A DNA stretch of 62,781 bases, the filler included, from Stramenopiles sp. TOSAG23-2 (taxonomy: Eukaryota): assembly GCA_900128395.1 (NCBI GenBank). It is 13 parts of 13 records of this genome, joined end to end, with 100 filler letters (N's around TTAATTAATTAA, not from the genome) between each part and the next. Parts side by side here need not be neighbours in the genome. Positions count along the whole stretch, not along the records: positions 21,956 to 27,324 come from LT650683.1; positions 27,425 to 32,792 come from LT650684.1; positions 32,893 to 38,257 come from LT650685.1; 10 more parts are not named here. One strand, written 5' to 3'. The stretch's first letter is position 1. Every line of letters begins with the position of its first letter. The translations under genes and the position numbers were made by a program. The notes under the pieces are model-generated. The model made no database searches. It saw only the letters and a program-made list of their open reading frames with translations, and was not told the origin of the DNA. Shown here one piece after another: positions 24,313 through 36,400 of this stretch.

Positions 24313-24896
24313 AGTGCATACAAATAAATTTGGATTGTAGTTATTTCGGGATTCAACATTGATATTATTGTATAAACTAAATATTATTACTATCTATTTT
24401 TATATTTTATATATTTTATTGAATTGATGTATTTTATTATTTTTGTTATAATAACTGCCAATACCAGAAGAGGTGCAGAGGTACATCGTAAATATATCTA
24501 ATATAATCAAAATCAACGAAAAAAATTTACTATTGCTATACTCTTTGAAGTAATCTGGTAATCAATTAAGGGTGGCAAATCAATTTATCATTGTAATATC
24601 TATTTAAGGGAATTAGAAAATATATAGATAGTAGGAAATTACATACAAGAGGCTCTCCTGTGTGGCGGCTAGACTACATCTGATGATGTACAGTACGCAA
24701 AGCGGAGAGGAGCACAGGACGACCTCGACTACGAGGAATAATAAAATACCCAAAGGCACAAAGCAACCAAAACAAGTTACCGGATTTGGAATCATCATAA
24801 TTCATGCGCGTTATATATATTTCATATATCAATCCAACAATGTAACCTATCCTTCAGATTGATTGTGTTCAAATATTAATAATAATAATATCAATA

Positions 24897-26348
24897 ATGC
24901 AATATATCTTAACCGTACGGTTTATAATATCGTTTTTAATCGTAAGGTTTTTAATATTGTATATATATGAACGATATATCAATAAACGTGCTCCAATTAT
25001 TGGCTTAATAATACCATGGCTTGGTGCAGTCCCTTTCTATTTATTCGCTCCATTGATGCTTTTAGACTATTGTAAATATGTCGCTGGCGGTAATGCTTTC
25101 ACAATCTATCTTGCTGGTCGATATATTAATGTCCGTTTAGGTGATGATTTTGAAAGGTATTTTTATCATGCGCCAGAAAGTCAATTATCATTTATTGCAG
25201 CGGCACAAGATTTTTTTGGACCAACCTTGGGACGCGAAGCATTTGCGCCAGATGAAATTAAATCATTTTCTAAATTAAGGCATACATTGCTTGGGAACCC
25301 ATCGAGGCATATTCATCATATATATTCACTTGTAAATAATTTTTTGGATAATTTGATGGTTAAATTACGTAAGAAGGGGAATATAGCTGGGAAAGAAGAG
25401 TATAAATTTAATATGATTGATTATATTCCAAATTTTATTTCGAAAATAAACATATCTTGTTTAGTTGGAATGGAACTGGGAGAAAATGAAAATTTTATCA
25501 CTGATTTTACTAAAATTGAGCATGGCATAAATATGACATCATCGTTACCTCCATTTTTATCGTGGTTTTTATTGATTCAAGCAAAAAATGCATTTAAACG
25601 TTTTCAAGGAAATATAATCAAAGCCATACATTTACGAAATAGGAATAAAAATAATAATACTAGTGATGACGACGATTTATTGAATTTAATTCAAAATATA
25701 CATTCATTAGATGAAGAAACTATTATATCAGCTCGTGTTTTTTCTGTATTATATGCTGGTGGAACTACATCGAAATTAATTGCACAAGTCATCATATTAA
25801 TATTAAATCGCCCAAATGTTTTAGCTATGATCCAAGAGGAAATATTTGGACTAGAAAAAAATTCCAACTGCGGTAAAAAACTTGATTTATTGAAGTTAGT
25901 TAAGGATACGCCTTATTTTTCATCATGCATTGAAGAAGCATTGCGATTGAAAACTGGAATATTATCCATACGAAAAGCTATGTCAGTTATCAAAAGGGAT
26001 AACTTCAATATATACAAAAATGAATTAGTAGCAATTTCGCCGTACTATTCACATCATCAAACAAAATATTTTAAAAATCCAACTTTGTTTAATCCTAGTA
26101 TTAATCACGGAAACAATAATAAAAAAAAACCAAATCATGGTTGGGGTGGTGGAAATCATATGTGTGCTGGCCGTTTATTTGCAATATATGTTGCTAAAAT
26201 TGTTATTGCAACATTTCTCCAAAGACTAGATGGAATTCAATTGAATGCAGAAAAAAAAGTTAAAAATGCTGATGATGATTTTACAGTTCCTGGTATTGCC
26301 TTATGTAAACCATGTTTAAAATTTAAAAGTTTGCGCCCGTTAATATGA
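24897..26348 (+). CDS. Cytochrome P450, divergent CYP51/CYP7-clan-like
   Basis: N-terminal TM, IPWLG, I-helix LYAGGTTS, EALR (ExxR), heme loop WGGGNHMCAG. Confidence 0.9.
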   Translation: MQYILTVRFIISFLIVRFLILYIYERYINKRAPIIGLIIPWLGAVPFYLFAPLMLLDYCKYVAGGNAFTIYLAGRYINVRLGDDFERYFYHAPESQLSFIAAAQDFFGPTLGREAFAPDEIKSFSKLRHTLLGNPSRHIHHIYSLVNNFLDNLMVKLRKKGNIAGKEEYKFNMIDYIPNFISKINISCLVGMELGENENFITDFTKIEHGINMTSSLPPFLSWFLLIQAKNAFKRFQGNIIKAIHLRNRNKNNNTSDDDDLLNLIQNIHSLDEETIISARVFSVLYAGGTTSKLIAQVIILILNRPNVLAMIQEEIFGLEKNSNCGKKLDLLKLVKDTPYFSSCIEEALRLKTGILSIRKAMSVIKRDNFNIYKNELVAISPYYSHHQTKYFKNPTLFNPSINHGNNNKKKPNHGWGGGNHMCAGRLFAIYVAKIVIATFLQRLDGIQLNAEKKVKNADDDFTVPGIALCKPCLKFKSLRPLI

Positions 26349-26480
26349 AAGTGGCATGAAGCGTTCGTAGCTATCAGTCATTGTTAGAGGGTAGAAAAAG
26401 ATTGAAAATAAAATTACATACGTGTATGGCATAACATCGATGATACTATATATGCTCTATAATTTTATATATTTAAGTTG

Positions 26481-27323
26481 TCATGCCTTCATAGACATAC
26501 AATAATCACGTAATTTTTTCTCGCTCTTTTTTGATATACTATAAATTTCCCAATTTCCTCCCACTTGTTCTGCTTCTTTCTTATTGTATACATCATCATC
26601 ATTGTTGTCACGAATTGTGTTATCATTAAATGAGGCAAGCCCGATGACTTTGTCATTATCTGCTGTATTTACACATAGAAAAATACATTTACATTTGTTT
26701 GTTGTTAAATCATATTTTGCAGGTGACGTGTACATTCCAACTAATCCTCCTTCTGCTTGAATACCCGTTATTATATTTAACGATAAAATATTTTTTACCT
26801 CTTTTTCAAAAGCATTAAATAGCAAAACTAGTTGTGTGTAATGTTTTAGCTCACACGGGATAATTTGGAGTTGTTCTAAATTATGCTTTTCAATAGCATA
26901 AAATACTTTTGCATCAAACTTTGCTTTTTTGGTACCACCATTACGTATCATAATCCATTCTCCTGCATCATCTGGGTTATATCCTTTAATATTTCCAGTA
27001 TCCAATCCACCAGCTAGGTGCTCAAATCCGTGAGAACTGTATATTTTTGCAGCCGATGGCGAGCCAGTTCCTAATACCATATATCCTACCTCATTTTTTT
27101 CCAATATATCAGTATCAAAGGTTTGAAGAACTAGCGAGACCAATTTTGTGCTTAACCCTTTTTTTCGATGGTTAACTGCAGTAAATATATTATGTAGTGT
27201 CGAAATAGTTGGATTATCCTTGGAATACAACACGGATGCATGAGACACAATTTCTCCATCGTGCTCTGCAACATATATTAGAACTCCGACATTTTCAACA
27301 TTGCCAGAACACCGAGTAATATA
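26481..27323 (-). CDS. GNAT acetyltransferase, 5'-truncated by contig end
   Basis: Frame open to contig edge (..IYVAEHDGEIVSHAS..); motif A IFTAVNHRKKGLS; LGTGSPSAAKIYSSHGF. Confidence 0.8.
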   Translation of the reverse strand, partial: YITRCSGNVENVGVLIYVAEHDGEIVSHASVLYSKDNPTISTLHNIFTAVNHRKKGLSTKLVSLVLQTFDTDILEKNEVGYMVLGTGSPSAAKIYSSHGFEHLAGGLDTGNIKGYNPDDAGEWIMIRNGGTKKAKFDAKVFYAIEKHNLEQLQIIPCELKHYTQLVLLFNAFEKEVKNILSLNIITGIQAEGGLVGMYTSPAKYDLTTNKCKCIFLCVNTADNDKVIGLASFNDNTIRDNNDDDVYNKKEAEQVGGNWEIYSISKKSEKKLRDYCMSMKA

Positions 27324-27537
27324 ANNNNNNNNNNNNNNNNNNNNNNNNNNNNNNNNNNNNNNNNNNNNTTAATTAATTAANNNNNNNNNNNNNNNNNNNN
27401 NNNNNNNNNNNNNNNNNNNNNNNNATTATATAGGATGTTGATTATAGTACTTAGTCAAATTTTTATCACGTCCAACTCGTTTGCAAAACCCGCTCAAACC
27501 ACCTGGTTGATTCACACCGTACACTTGCCCTAATCGT

Positions 27538-27819
27538 TCAATAGCTAGTTCTGCATTTGTATGCCTTACCAATGGTGCCACTGTATTCCAAAACTTCTTG
27601 CGCCAATGATAACGAAATTTGAAGCTCCAATAATGTCTTTACATTTTCATCTTCCATGTTAGCTACTTCATTTTCCCCAATACTCTTCCAGTTCAATTTG
27701 CAATACTCCAATACATTTGCAACTTTTGTTTCATTGCCTAGCGTCTTATTAAAGTGATACGTTAAAAAGTCTTTAATATTCTTAAAGTAGTCGTGCTCAT
27801 TTGTATTTTTTTTAACCAT
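27538..27819 (-). CDS. Hypothetical short ORF or gene fragment
   Basis: 93-aa ATG ORF with protein-like composition; no family recognised. Confidence 0.3.
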   Translation of the reverse strand: MVKKNTNEHDYFKNIKDFLTYHFNKTLGNETKVANVLEYCKLNWKSIGENEVANMEDENVKTLLELQISLSLAQEVLEYSGTIGKAYKCRTSY

Positions 27820-27997
27820 ATTTAGCGATAGACGATAGTTGTTTGATATTATGTGGATGTGTGATTACAGCGGTCAATAAATAATTATTTTACCCAAAAA
27901 AATAATTATTTTATATAATAATAATTATGAATGAAAAAACGGCAGATTTCGATATTTTGTAGTTATTTTAGCGTAACCCTATCAGTAACTACCTGTC

Positions 27998-28464
27998 AGT
28001 TGCACAGGATGGCTTATTTCATCGATTCTGTGCAACTCCTCATGCAACAAAATAGTTGTCTCTTAGAGAGTCATATTATCTGGCAATATTCCCTATCAAA
28101 AGAGGTTTTTTGATGATTGTATACGAAAATTAGATGCTTTAAGTACGGATAATATGATCGATTAGTGGCTCGAACGTGATAGCGCTATGCAACTGGGATA
28201 GAGTACTAAAACAGAAGAAAAGTATAATTTTTTGGTGCTTAATCGATCATATTATACCTTTTGAGTTGCATAGAACCCGATTTTACGCAATTTCTATGCA
28301 ACTCGCAGGAAAAATGAGAGTAGCGCATGCTATATGACGTAATAATGCAGTGTGAGGGGAACAGAATTTGGTACTATCTTGGACAAATTTGGAAATATCT
28401 GTAATGCTATGTCCATGTAATTGATGAAAAAATATAATACCGCTCCCGAAAGTTGCATGCAACT
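27998..28464. repeat. Cluster of short inverted repeats built on AGTTGCA/TGCAACT
   Basis: IR pairs 27998-28007/28028-28037, 28149-28164/28240-28255 and 28263-28275/28292-28304; palindrome AGTTGCATGCAACT at 28451-28464. Confidence 0.7.
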
Positions 28465-28691
28465 ATGGTTGTATGGGAGCAGTAATATATTAATAATAGT
28501 GCTATTTTGTAGAGGGATGATCCTCTCTGATGTTTAGTATTTTGTGGGAATAATATATAATTCTAGAATAATAACTACAAATATTTATAATATGCACACG
28601 CTGCATACGTTTAATATACGAAAACAGATACCAAACGCAAATCCACAACGCGCCTTTTTCAACTTCTACTTCTTCCCTATTTAAAATCAAA

Positions 28692-31600
28692 TTAAATCTT
28701 TGAAACAGTCGGATATTTTGCTGGTAAAAGCAATAGTGCGTAATCATGCCATGATTCCCATCCAAGAATTTTAAATAAGCGAATTAATTCTTTCCATAAT
28801 AATTCTTTTGATGGATATGGACCACCATTATCTTTTTCTCCTCCCATTAAACCTAATAATATCTTCATAGCATTCCCATAACTTTCAGTCGAAAGTGCAT
28901 TGCGATAATTTAACATTTGATATTTTTTATCCGCATCATCTGCCCAACGTTGGAATGAGGCCATTGTAGTTTTTAATTCATCGTCTTGATTAGCTGATAT
29001 CAACGCATGGGCTTTCAAATGCAATGCTTCTACTAATAACCCTTTTAAAGCAGTGCGATGATTGAATTCTTTTTCACCTTCCTTATCACCTTTTGCAACT
29101 TTAACAGCTATGGCTAATTTGATTTTATCTAAATCAATTGTATTGATTAAAGCATTTGCCTTTTCAATCACCGCCCCACTTTTTCCACTATGATCAAAAT
29201 CGTTTGCCATTAAAAATTTGCTTTTCACATAGTCGTTTGCTTGATGTTTCAATATATACGACAAGAAAGTTGCATTTGCATGTTCTTTCTCATATTTATC
29301 TTTTTCACCATCGATTAAATCAATTGCAGCTTTGGTCAATCCACTTGTATTTTCAAATTCATCTTGTTTGCCACCAATAGCACCTTTCATTTCATTTAAA
29401 TGCCATGAAGCTAGTTTTACTTGCAATGATTTTACCCCATCAGCCCCCGTTTTAGAAGCACTTTTTTCCTTTGGAGCTGCTTTCGGTACAACTGCTTTTA
29501 CAACGTAACCAGATGGATGAGTACCCTCTCCAACAAATGCATTCGAATTTGTTTTGTCAAGATATTTAATTTCACCAATTAATGTATCACCTGGTTTAGC
29601 ACCTTTTGGTATGGTAAAGCTAGTAGGTAAAGTAACGAAAACAGGAGAAACATCACCTTTCCTTAATTTTTGTAGTCCGTAACTTCTTTCACCAACAGTA
29701 GCCCCACCATGTGATTTGTAAAATTTTAAGTTTACATTTTTCCCAAGACTACGTTCAATACATAAAATCATATTTTGATAAGGTTCAAGTTTTGAACGAT
29801 CTTCATGGCGTAATAAAAAGTTGACCGTCATTTTTCCTTTTGGACAAGTAATGTTCTCTTCAAAAGCATCGCCAGTACCGATTAAACGATTGTTGGAGTC
29901 ATAAATTGTATACAATTGAGAACCAAAATATGCTTCATATAATAAATCGTTCAAAGCTGGTGCTTTTAAAACAATCTTTCCACTCTTTCCTTGCTGAAAT
30001 GTATATTTAATATTTAAATCATAGATCAAGCGATCACCTGGCATCAAATCACGATCAATACTACCAGCTGTAATTACACCTTTACTAATTGGACGTATCG
30101 TTTCATGCCATTTAGTTAGTTTTCCAACCGGTCGTACCGCACTTTGTCCAAGATGTGATTTTAAATCAACTCTTAAAATATTTTCACCATTTGCGAATGT
30201 AATTGTTTTCTCATTAGGGGATACACCTCGAAATTGAATATCCACATTTAAAGAACTATCACCAAGTGAACTCCAATATTGTGCAATGCAAATTTCCAAC
30301 GTGTGGCCTGGATATACTTTTGTAGTGTAACCCAAACGTTCTGATGCCACCATGCGGAAAGATTTTTTAAATGATACATCACGATGTGCAAATTCTTTAA
30401 CAACATGTTGCATATGTAACATGTAAATTCGACTATTTGAGCTATCTACATCACTTCCATAGAAACTACCACCACTGAACACTATATCAACCCATTGCGC
30501 ACCATCTGGAACGGCAATAAATCTACGTTCAATGGAACCAGGGGAAAGACGTATCTCTCCCAACGGTCCACTTCCAGTTACAGTGCCTGGCGAGGTACCT
30601 AGTACCTCTGGCACGCAAACTGTAATTGGAATGCGAAAGATTGGACCAGCCGCTGCATTCGTACTTGACAAACCAAGAATTTCAGCAAAATGAACCCCTG
30701 GTTGCAAGCTTGTTGGATCTACGCATACTTCAAATCCTCTTCCACCATGCATCAATACCATATGTGATGCCAATGTAACCCATTCTTGCGTACAAGTCAA
30801 TGAAATACGCATTTCAAATTCAATTAATCGCTGTTTATCGACATCTTCATGGAAATTTGGTGTGACACTGAAAGATGTTACATATGGCTGTAGAACTTGA
30901 TGAGGTTGTCGTAGATACAAACCACGAGGGGAAATGCTAAAATTAATATCTTGCTCGTAAAAATCTTTTTGTTGAATCAAGTAATCATATGCGCTTGAAA
31001 TTTGTAATAAACCATGGCCCGAATCCAACTTACTTCCGCTTGTTGGAATATCTGCTGCTGTGTTTTCTATCGCACGTCGTATTCGCGGTGGGGAATAGGA
31101 AATATTTTGCTGTTTCAATGCACTTACTAGCAACGCTACATTCCCAGCTGCATTTGGTGATGACATACTAGTGCCATTCATCAATTGGTTTTTTTGTAAC
31201 GTCCAGTTAGGAACACATGTAATTGCACCACCAGGGGCTGAGATAGAAACACCATAATCCCCATCAAAAGATGGGCCACGTGAGCTCCAGGTATAATTTT
31301 TTGAAGAAGTAGTTTCTCTCATATTGTATTCTGCCATCATCATATGTGGACTTACATATGCACCAACACTAATAATGCTGGAAGTCGTCCCACCAGGTGC
31401 ACCTACGGAGGAAAGTGCTGGACCAGCATTGCCTGCACTTGCAATGTACATGACATTATGTTTGTTAACAAGCTCATTTGCAAAATCGGAAAAGGATCCA
31501 AAATTAGGAGATTTTGACGGTTCTCCATATGACATATTTACAATATCACATTTACTTCGTATAACAGCAATTAATCCGCGAATTAGTCCAGTCCCAGTTT

Positions 31601-32561
31601 CCATGGAGCCTAAACGTGTATCGCCAATTCGAATACCAACGATTTGAGCACCTGGTGCAATACCGTTTGTTTCTGGTGCATTTGGATAATTTGCAGCCAC
31701 TATGCCTGAAACATGTGTGCCATGCGCACCCGCATCATTCACAATTGATAACGTACGGCCTTCATCGTAAATATTTACTGCAAAATTTAAACAAGCATCA
31801 TTTGTTTTAAAAGTGGAGTATTGGTATTCTTTTCTGTAATCAGTCATGCATGGTAAGCTGGAAAGGTTACCACTTTCATCAACATCAACTACTGCACGGA
31901 AATCGCTTCCGTCATGAAATACAATGCAATCATATACTGGACCTAAATCTTCCCATGTTGAACTTGCCAAAGAGCGCAATTGTTCAACACGCATTTTTAA
32001 ATCCTCCAACATTTTTTTTGATATCTCCTTTTCCTTATCAGTTTTACTTTTTTCATCAGTAGATTCTTGAAGTTTTTCAAAATCATTTACCTTCGTTTGT
32101 GCTTCATTAATTAATTGATTTTGACTCTCTGCCCATTTCTTCTTTCGCTCACGTTGCAAACGCCCTTTCAATCCACGAGGGAAAAGATCATAGCCAGCTT
32201 TCATACCTAAACGAATTGTATTATCGCGAATTTTCCATTCTTTCCGATTCAAAGTTAGCGTACGACCAGTCAAACCAACAACTGAATCTTGTTCATCTTT
32301 CAAAATAATTTTTTTCATCATGGAAACGTCACCTGAACCAGTTGCATCCACTAAGTCGATAACTTTTTTCTTACCATCAGATGTAATTTGCAAACCCTCT
32401 GCACCAGGATCAACACCAGTATCTAAGATGCCAACAACAGCACCTCTACCATCATAGGATTGAAACCTTTTTAAAAAATCAGCTGCTTGCGTATCTGTTT
32501 TTGGCATAATACCTGTCGTCCATGCTTCTTTTTTTGTTGTTTTTGACTCACTTTCACTCAT
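28692..32561 (-). CDS. TPP2: Tripeptidyl-peptidase II (S8A)
   Basis: Catalytic triad ILDTGVDPGA, HGTHVSGI and MNGTSMSSP; YTWSSRGP; 1289 aa with TPPII C-terminal domains. Confidence 0.97.
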   Translation of the reverse strand: MSESESKTTKKEAWTTGIMPKTDTQAADFLKRFQSYDGRGAVVGILDTGVDPGAEGLQITSDGKKKVIDLVDATGSGDVSMMKKIILKDEQDSVVGLTGRTLTLNRKEWKIRDNTIRLGMKAGYDLFPRGLKGRLQRERKKKWAESQNQLINEAQTKVNDFEKLQESTDEKSKTDKEKEISKKMLEDLKMRVEQLRSLASSTWEDLGPVYDCIVFHDGSDFRAVVDVDESGNLSSLPCMTDYRKEYQYSTFKTNDACLNFAVNIYDEGRTLSIVNDAGAHGTHVSGIVAANYPNAPETNGIAPGAQIVGIRIGDTRLGSMETGTGLIRGLIAVIRSKCDIVNMSYGEPSKSPNFGSFSDFANELVNKHNVMYIASAGNAGPALSSVGAPGGTTSSIISVGAYVSPHMMMAEYNMRETTSSKNYTWSSRGPSFDGDYGVSISAPGGAITCVPNWTLQKNQLMNGTSMSSPNAAGNVALLVSALKQQNISYSPPRIRRAIENTAADIPTSGSKLDSGHGLLQISSAYDYLIQQKDFYEQDINFSISPRGLYLRQPHQVLQPYVTSFSVTPNFHEDVDKQRLIEFEMRISLTCTQEWVTLASHMVLMHGGRGFEVCVDPTSLQPGVHFAEILGLSSTNAAAGPIFRIPITVCVPEVLGTSPGTVTGSGPLGEIRLSPGSIERRFIAVPDGAQWVDIVFSGGSFYGSDVDSSNSRIYMLHMQHVVKEFAHRDVSFKKSFRMVASERLGYTTKVYPGHTLEICIAQYWSSLGDSSLNVDIQFRGVSPNEKTITFANGENILRVDLKSHLGQSAVRPVGKLTKWHETIRPISKGVITAGSIDRDLMPGDRLIYDLNIKYTFQQGKSGKIVLKAPALNDLLYEAYFGSQLYTIYDSNNRLIGTGDAFEENITCPKGKMTVNFLLRHEDRSKLEPYQNMILCIERSLGKNVNLKFYKSHGGATVGERSYGLQKLRKGDVSPVFVTLPTSFTIPKGAKPGDTLIGEIKYLDKTNSNAFVGEGTHPSGYVVKAVVPKAAPKEKSASKTGADGVKSLQVKLASWHLNEMKGAIGGKQDEFENTSGLTKAAIDLIDGEKDKYEKEHANATFLSYILKHQANDYVKSKFLMANDFDHSGKSGAVIEKANALINTIDLDKIKLAIAVKVAKGDKEGEKEFNHRTALKGLLVEALHLKAHALISANQDDELKTTMASFQRWADDADKKYQMLNYRNALSTESYGNAMKILLGLMGGEKDNGGPYPSKELLWKELIRLFKILGWESWHDYALLLLPAKYPTVSKI

Positions 32562-33435
32562 TATTATTTTTCCCCCCCTTCCGTACTATTGTTTTTTAAA
32601 TTATATATTGAAGTATTTTAATAAATATTTCTTGCTTATATAATATTATATTTTATTATATATTATATATATATATATATGTTATACTATTCTTGTAATT
32701 ATTATTACTCTTGGAACGAATTTTTAGTTCTTTGAAAAAGATAAAAAGATACGAAATAAAGGAATGCACGAATGCAACGAAATACTAATTCANNNNNNNN
32801 NNNNNNNNNNNNNNNNNNNNNNNNNNNNNNNNNNNNTTAATTAATTAANNNNNNNNNNNNNNNNNNNNNNNNNNNNNNNNNNNNNNNNNNNNATGCAACA
32901 TTCTAGTTGCATCAATGCATTCGTTCTTTTTCCCAATTAAATAAAAAAAGAAGGTTGTAATGTAGATAGACAACAAATAATAGTAGACATTGCCAGTTAA
33001 TTTTTATATTTTTAAGGAAGAAGTTTTACCACACGGTAGAAACAATATATTATATATAGGCACATACTTGGTGAATCAGATGAAACAAGAATAACCATAC
33101 AATATCAAATACCTTAATATTGAAGACTGAAGATGTGCTGCCACAACGTTATAGTTGTTTGGTGATGAGTTAAAGTTTTTGCGAAAAGAAATATTATTTT
33201 TATTTGATGATATTTTCAATAGTAATACGTTTTATTTTTTGTTAACCACAAATACTTCTACGACGTATAGTATGTGACATATCGATAGTTGTTATTTTTA
33301 ATATATGTAATAATACATATAATCCGGTATGAATGAAAGGAAACATGATGACATATATATCTATATCTTATTATTGCAAATTACCACCTTCTCCTACCTC
33401 TCTATTATCACATATGAAAAAGAGAATACAGAAAC

Positions 33436-36400
33436 ATGTGGCGATTTTTTGTAAAAAAACAAAGTAAAATTATAAATAATGTATTATTGAAAAATAATAT
33501 TAATAATAATATTAAGATGTGGAATAATAATATTAGAATAAATAGCAACAACTATCGTTTCTTCCACTCGACATCATTTAATAGATACCACAGGTTCTCT
33601 CCGCTAACTACTGCATCGAGTGACACAAATAATACTGTTCGTAAAAAAATTCAATATGCGGTAGAAAAAAACAAGACATACACTTTCGAAAACAAATACC
33701 GATATACTATATTGCGATATTTATCTCTTTTAGAAAAACAAAATTTAGTTACATGTAATCATTACCTTTTTGTTTTAGAGGCTTGCAATTTAAATGTTAC
33801 AGACGCTTTGACTCTTTTAAAACGTATGGAACAATACTGTAATCAAAGTGGGGAAGATTATGATAATTATGCAACTGTAAATACGTACAATATGATCATG
33901 GAACGTTGCTGCCACAATAGCACGGAAATGTGGAATCTTATGTTACAATACGGCATTAATGGGTTGGATCCTGATGTTTCCACATATCAAATATTATTAA
34001 AACAATTATTTGTTGAAGGTGAATTTGATGGTGCACAAAAAATGTATAATCAATTGCCTAAAAATCTTATCTCCGAATTATCCCCTGATATTGAAGTTGT
34101 TTTAAATGAAACTGGATTTTTAAAAAACGAATTGCTGAATGAAATACGAGGTGAATATTTTGATAAGTTAAACCGTTTAAAAAATGTAACTGCAAGCCGA
34201 GAGTTTTTATCATTAGCAACAAAGAAAGATTTTATCGATAATGAATTGTATAATAAAATTAAATATCAGGAACCTTTTTTACAATTATGTGCTGATGATT
34301 CAGAAAACATTGCATTTTCAACATCAAAAAATCACGAAGTTTTGCATGATAAATTGTTGTTTGACTTGTTAATTGAAGGTAACTATGACAAGGTTCAAAA
34401 AGTTCTGAAATCTGAAGCAACACGCATGTTTTATGAAAAACAGCAGGACAACGTAAACCGCCTTTTACATATGAATGATGACGATTGGATCAACCAACGA
34501 GAAAAGAAAATATACAAAAAACTGAAATATAATAGATATGATACATTTGCAAATGATAATAATCTAACATTTTCAAATATGCTTTTAGAGAAAATAGAAC
34601 AGAATGGCGTAGCTGATGCAAAATTGTATAATTTCTTTATGCTTTGTTATCTAACATCAGACGAAATGTTGGAATATTTGAACTACTTAAATAGAAAAAA
34701 TATTGATTTAGAGACTGTTAGAAACTTTGGTAAAACAGTAGATTTTCAAGGTTTGGAATACTTGGTAAACGTCATTCAAAAGGAAAACTTAAAATATTTT
34801 GAAGAAAACGAACGTGAAGAACGGGAAGCAACACTTCATGCAGAACGAACTAGTATGGACGGGGTTGTACCATTAAGCATAAATACACCAGTAGTAGACT
34901 TACATGATATTATTATAAATCAAATTTTACTAGAAGGCAATTATTCAAAAGCAAAATCTGTTTGTAAATATGGAATTAAAGATGCACATGTTCAAAAGGC
35001 ATTTTTAACATATATTGATGGTCATGAAAATTCATATAAAACTAATGCCAACTTTCGAGTATATGTTTTAAATAGGCGTCTTGATCATCTAGCAAAATGT
35101 ATCGATAAGGATAAGGTTGAACAAGCTAGGTACGCTAGCAAAGTACACGAGTCGCCTGATGCGCAATTAAAGGCAATATATTTGAATAATACAAATGAAT
35201 TTTTATCTACTTTAGCTGATAACAATGTTGATGATTTATCATCATTATACCATGCTTTAATTTGCGATTATGGTAAAGAAAGATTTGATTCGTATGAAAT
35301 GGAACAATATGTGAATACGAGAAATAATACATTCTTAAATATCCAGCAATATAATGTATATTTTCAAAAGTTAATTGATGAAGGAAGATTCGAAGATGCA
35401 ATTTTGCAATTAGATTTGATATTAGCAACACAAACTAATAAGAACGGTATACAGCCAAATATGGAAACATATAATATATTTGCACTGGCTCATCATCAAA
35501 ATAAGAAAAATAATAATAGTGATTGGATAGAATCTCTAAAAAACAATAACTACGCAAAATCCATAATCAAAGATATGGTAATTATTGATCAGGAGAAAAC
35601 TAGCGACATTATGGTAGATAAGAAACATACGAATCGTAAAAAAAATTCTGAATTTTTATCTGCAGAAGAATGGAAAAAATATAATGATTTGTCGCCAGAA
35701 GAATTGAAATATAGGAGGGAAAACTACAAAGAAGCTTTCAAGGAAGTGACTTCAGATAAGGAAATTTTACCCTTTCTCTTTCATTTTACATCTAGTATGG
35801 AAACGGAAGAGGTATTAAAATATATGTTTACAAATGGGTATAATATCCGTTCGCTGCATTACAAACTCTTGCGAAATCGATATATAGCCGAAGGCTATTT
35901 TGACAAGGCCAAGCAATGTTTAAGTTTGGAGTATAAATATAAACATACAGAATTAGATGCATTACGGGACCTTGCAAAATCAACAAATGAATTTGCTAAT
36001 TTGATTAAAGTAAGAAAAGGTGGCGACCGTACAAGAGTTGGCCACCACGGTAGTCAGCTTATGAATCACATGTTGGGACAACGTATGAACAAGCTGAAGG
36101 AAGCTATGAAAAATGGAGACGAAGATGACATTTTAAATGTTTTTCACATTTTGAATGTTGATCCATATATGCGTCATTTAAGCAGATATAGGAACCTTGA
36201 TCTTTTTATTTGTTATGACACGGTACAAGCAGATGAGAATTGTACTTTAGAATTTTTAGATGAAATAATTGCTGAGAATTTTTCTGACAAAAGATTTGAA
36301 CGTTTTGGTAACAAATTACTGCCAGATAAGGGTTGGTTCTCCGCGCAACGATTATATATTAATTTCATCAAATCTCGTTTGGAAACGGGAAACATCAAAG

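Noticed and set aside
24680-24705. Hammerhead ribozyme core CTGATGA
   Set aside because: No proper stem II followed by GAAA, and no matching stems I and III
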